From Candidatus Thorarchaeota archaeon (GTDB lineage: Archaea > Asgardarchaeota > Thorarchaeia > Thorarchaeales > Thorarchaeaceae), in contig JBHLRQ010000024.1 of NCBI GenBank assembly GCA_048882385.1, positions 1 to 13,974 on the forward strand: a stretch of 13,974 nt of DNA, read 5' to 3'. Each line of letters starts with the position of its first letter. The stretch's first letter is position 1. The position numbers and the translations under genes were made by a program. Positions 13,457 to 13,974 of this stretch are shown piece after piece. A model generated the notes under the pieces. It was not told the origin of the DNA. It saw only the letters and a list, made by a program, of their open reading frames with translations, and searched no databases.

Positions 13457-13974
13457 ATGAAACGTAAACAATCCATGAAGCTTTTCATTGTTATGATGGG
13501 CTTCCTAATTCTAAGTCTCGCGGCTGCAGGATCAATAACGGCATTTCCTAGTCAAGCGAATGAATGCGGTAGTTCAGGATGTCACGACACTGCAGGAGTA
13601 TTAACATTGGCTTCAAATTCTACGTCTGTGAGCGCAACCTCCGGAACTCCTTTTACATTGCAGATTGATGCAGGAAACGGAGCACAGTGGGTTTCTATCA
13701 AACCAGGTTGGGCAGACAACTCCAATTTCACAGTTTCTGATAGTCATGTAGAAGATGATTCCGCAGATGATACAAATGGTGCTTCAGGCGAAATCACAGT
13801 CATCGTGACTTTTACACCATTGTCACCAGGAAATTTGACGATTCGGGTCTGGACTGCGGCAGGAAGCGATTTGGCTTCATCCATCGATATCGATGTTGAA
13901 GTGACTGGCCAGACTATAACAACAGTCACTCCACCTCCTGACCCTAGCGAACAACTCTATGAAATTTGGACTAT
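13457..13974 (+). CDS. Exported monoheme (CX4CH) beta-sandwich protein, paralog of 5029..6237; 3' end outside window
   Basis: Translated by hand (not in ORF track). AGGTGA RBS, ATG 13457, open to the window end: MKRKQSMKLFIVMMGFLILSLAAAGSITAFPSQANECGSSGCHDTAGVLTLAS...PFTLQIDAG...WADNSNFTV...VEDDSADDTN...GNLTIRVW...TITTVTPPPDP. Confidence 0.85.
   Translation, partial: MKRKQSMKLFIVMMGFLILSLAAAGSITAFPSQANECGSSGCHDTAGVLTLASNSTSVSATSGTPFTLQIDAGNGAQWVSIKPGWADNSNFTVSDSHVEDDSADDTNGASGEITVIVTFTPLSPGNLTIRVWTAAGSDLASSIDIDVEVTGQTITTVTPPPDPSEQLYEIWT

Noticed and set aside
6127-13929. Remaining short ORFs (6127, 6451, 7775, 8554, 9731, 10442, 11232, 11684, 12533, 13744)
   Set aside because: All lie antisense or out of frame within strongly supported genes.
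1-13974. CRISPR array, tRNA/rRNA, transposase or IS ends
   Set aside because: No regularly spaced direct repeats, cloverleaf or rRNA-like segments, or transposase motifs were seen; intergenic gaps are short and the repeats in them are local inverted repeats.

Overview
Gene-dense window of probable archaeal origin. GGTGA/GGAGA-type RBSs, TATA-like boxes, many N-glycosylation sequons and C-terminal TM+basic-tail anchors point that way; an Asgard/Thorarchaeia-like source is only an impression. It holds a divergent redox locus. Left arm (- strand): a membrane-anchored multiheme cytochrome c with 6 CxxCH, 2 CX4CH and an unusual CxxCM motif, then an exported (alpha/alpha)6-barrel + Ig-like protein, then the cytochrome c synthetase CcmF (truncated by the window edge, absent from the ORF track). 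Right arm (+ strand): an exported monoheme c/beta-sandwich protein fused to a His-containing 4-TM domain, then GlcD-like FAD oxidoreductase, CCG Fe-S protein, HpnE/phytoene-desaturase-like flavoprotein, a second CCG Fe-S protein, a second GlcD-like protein with a TM tail, and a second paralogous monoheme (CX4CH) protein truncated at the right edge (also absent from the ORF track). Both GlcD-like proteins lack the usual catalytic His motifs. By inference, the locus may encode an uncharacterised cytoplasm-to-cell-surface electron-transfer system with its own heme ligase and a shared palindromic regulatory motif. No rRNA, tRNA, CRISPR array or mobile element was seen.
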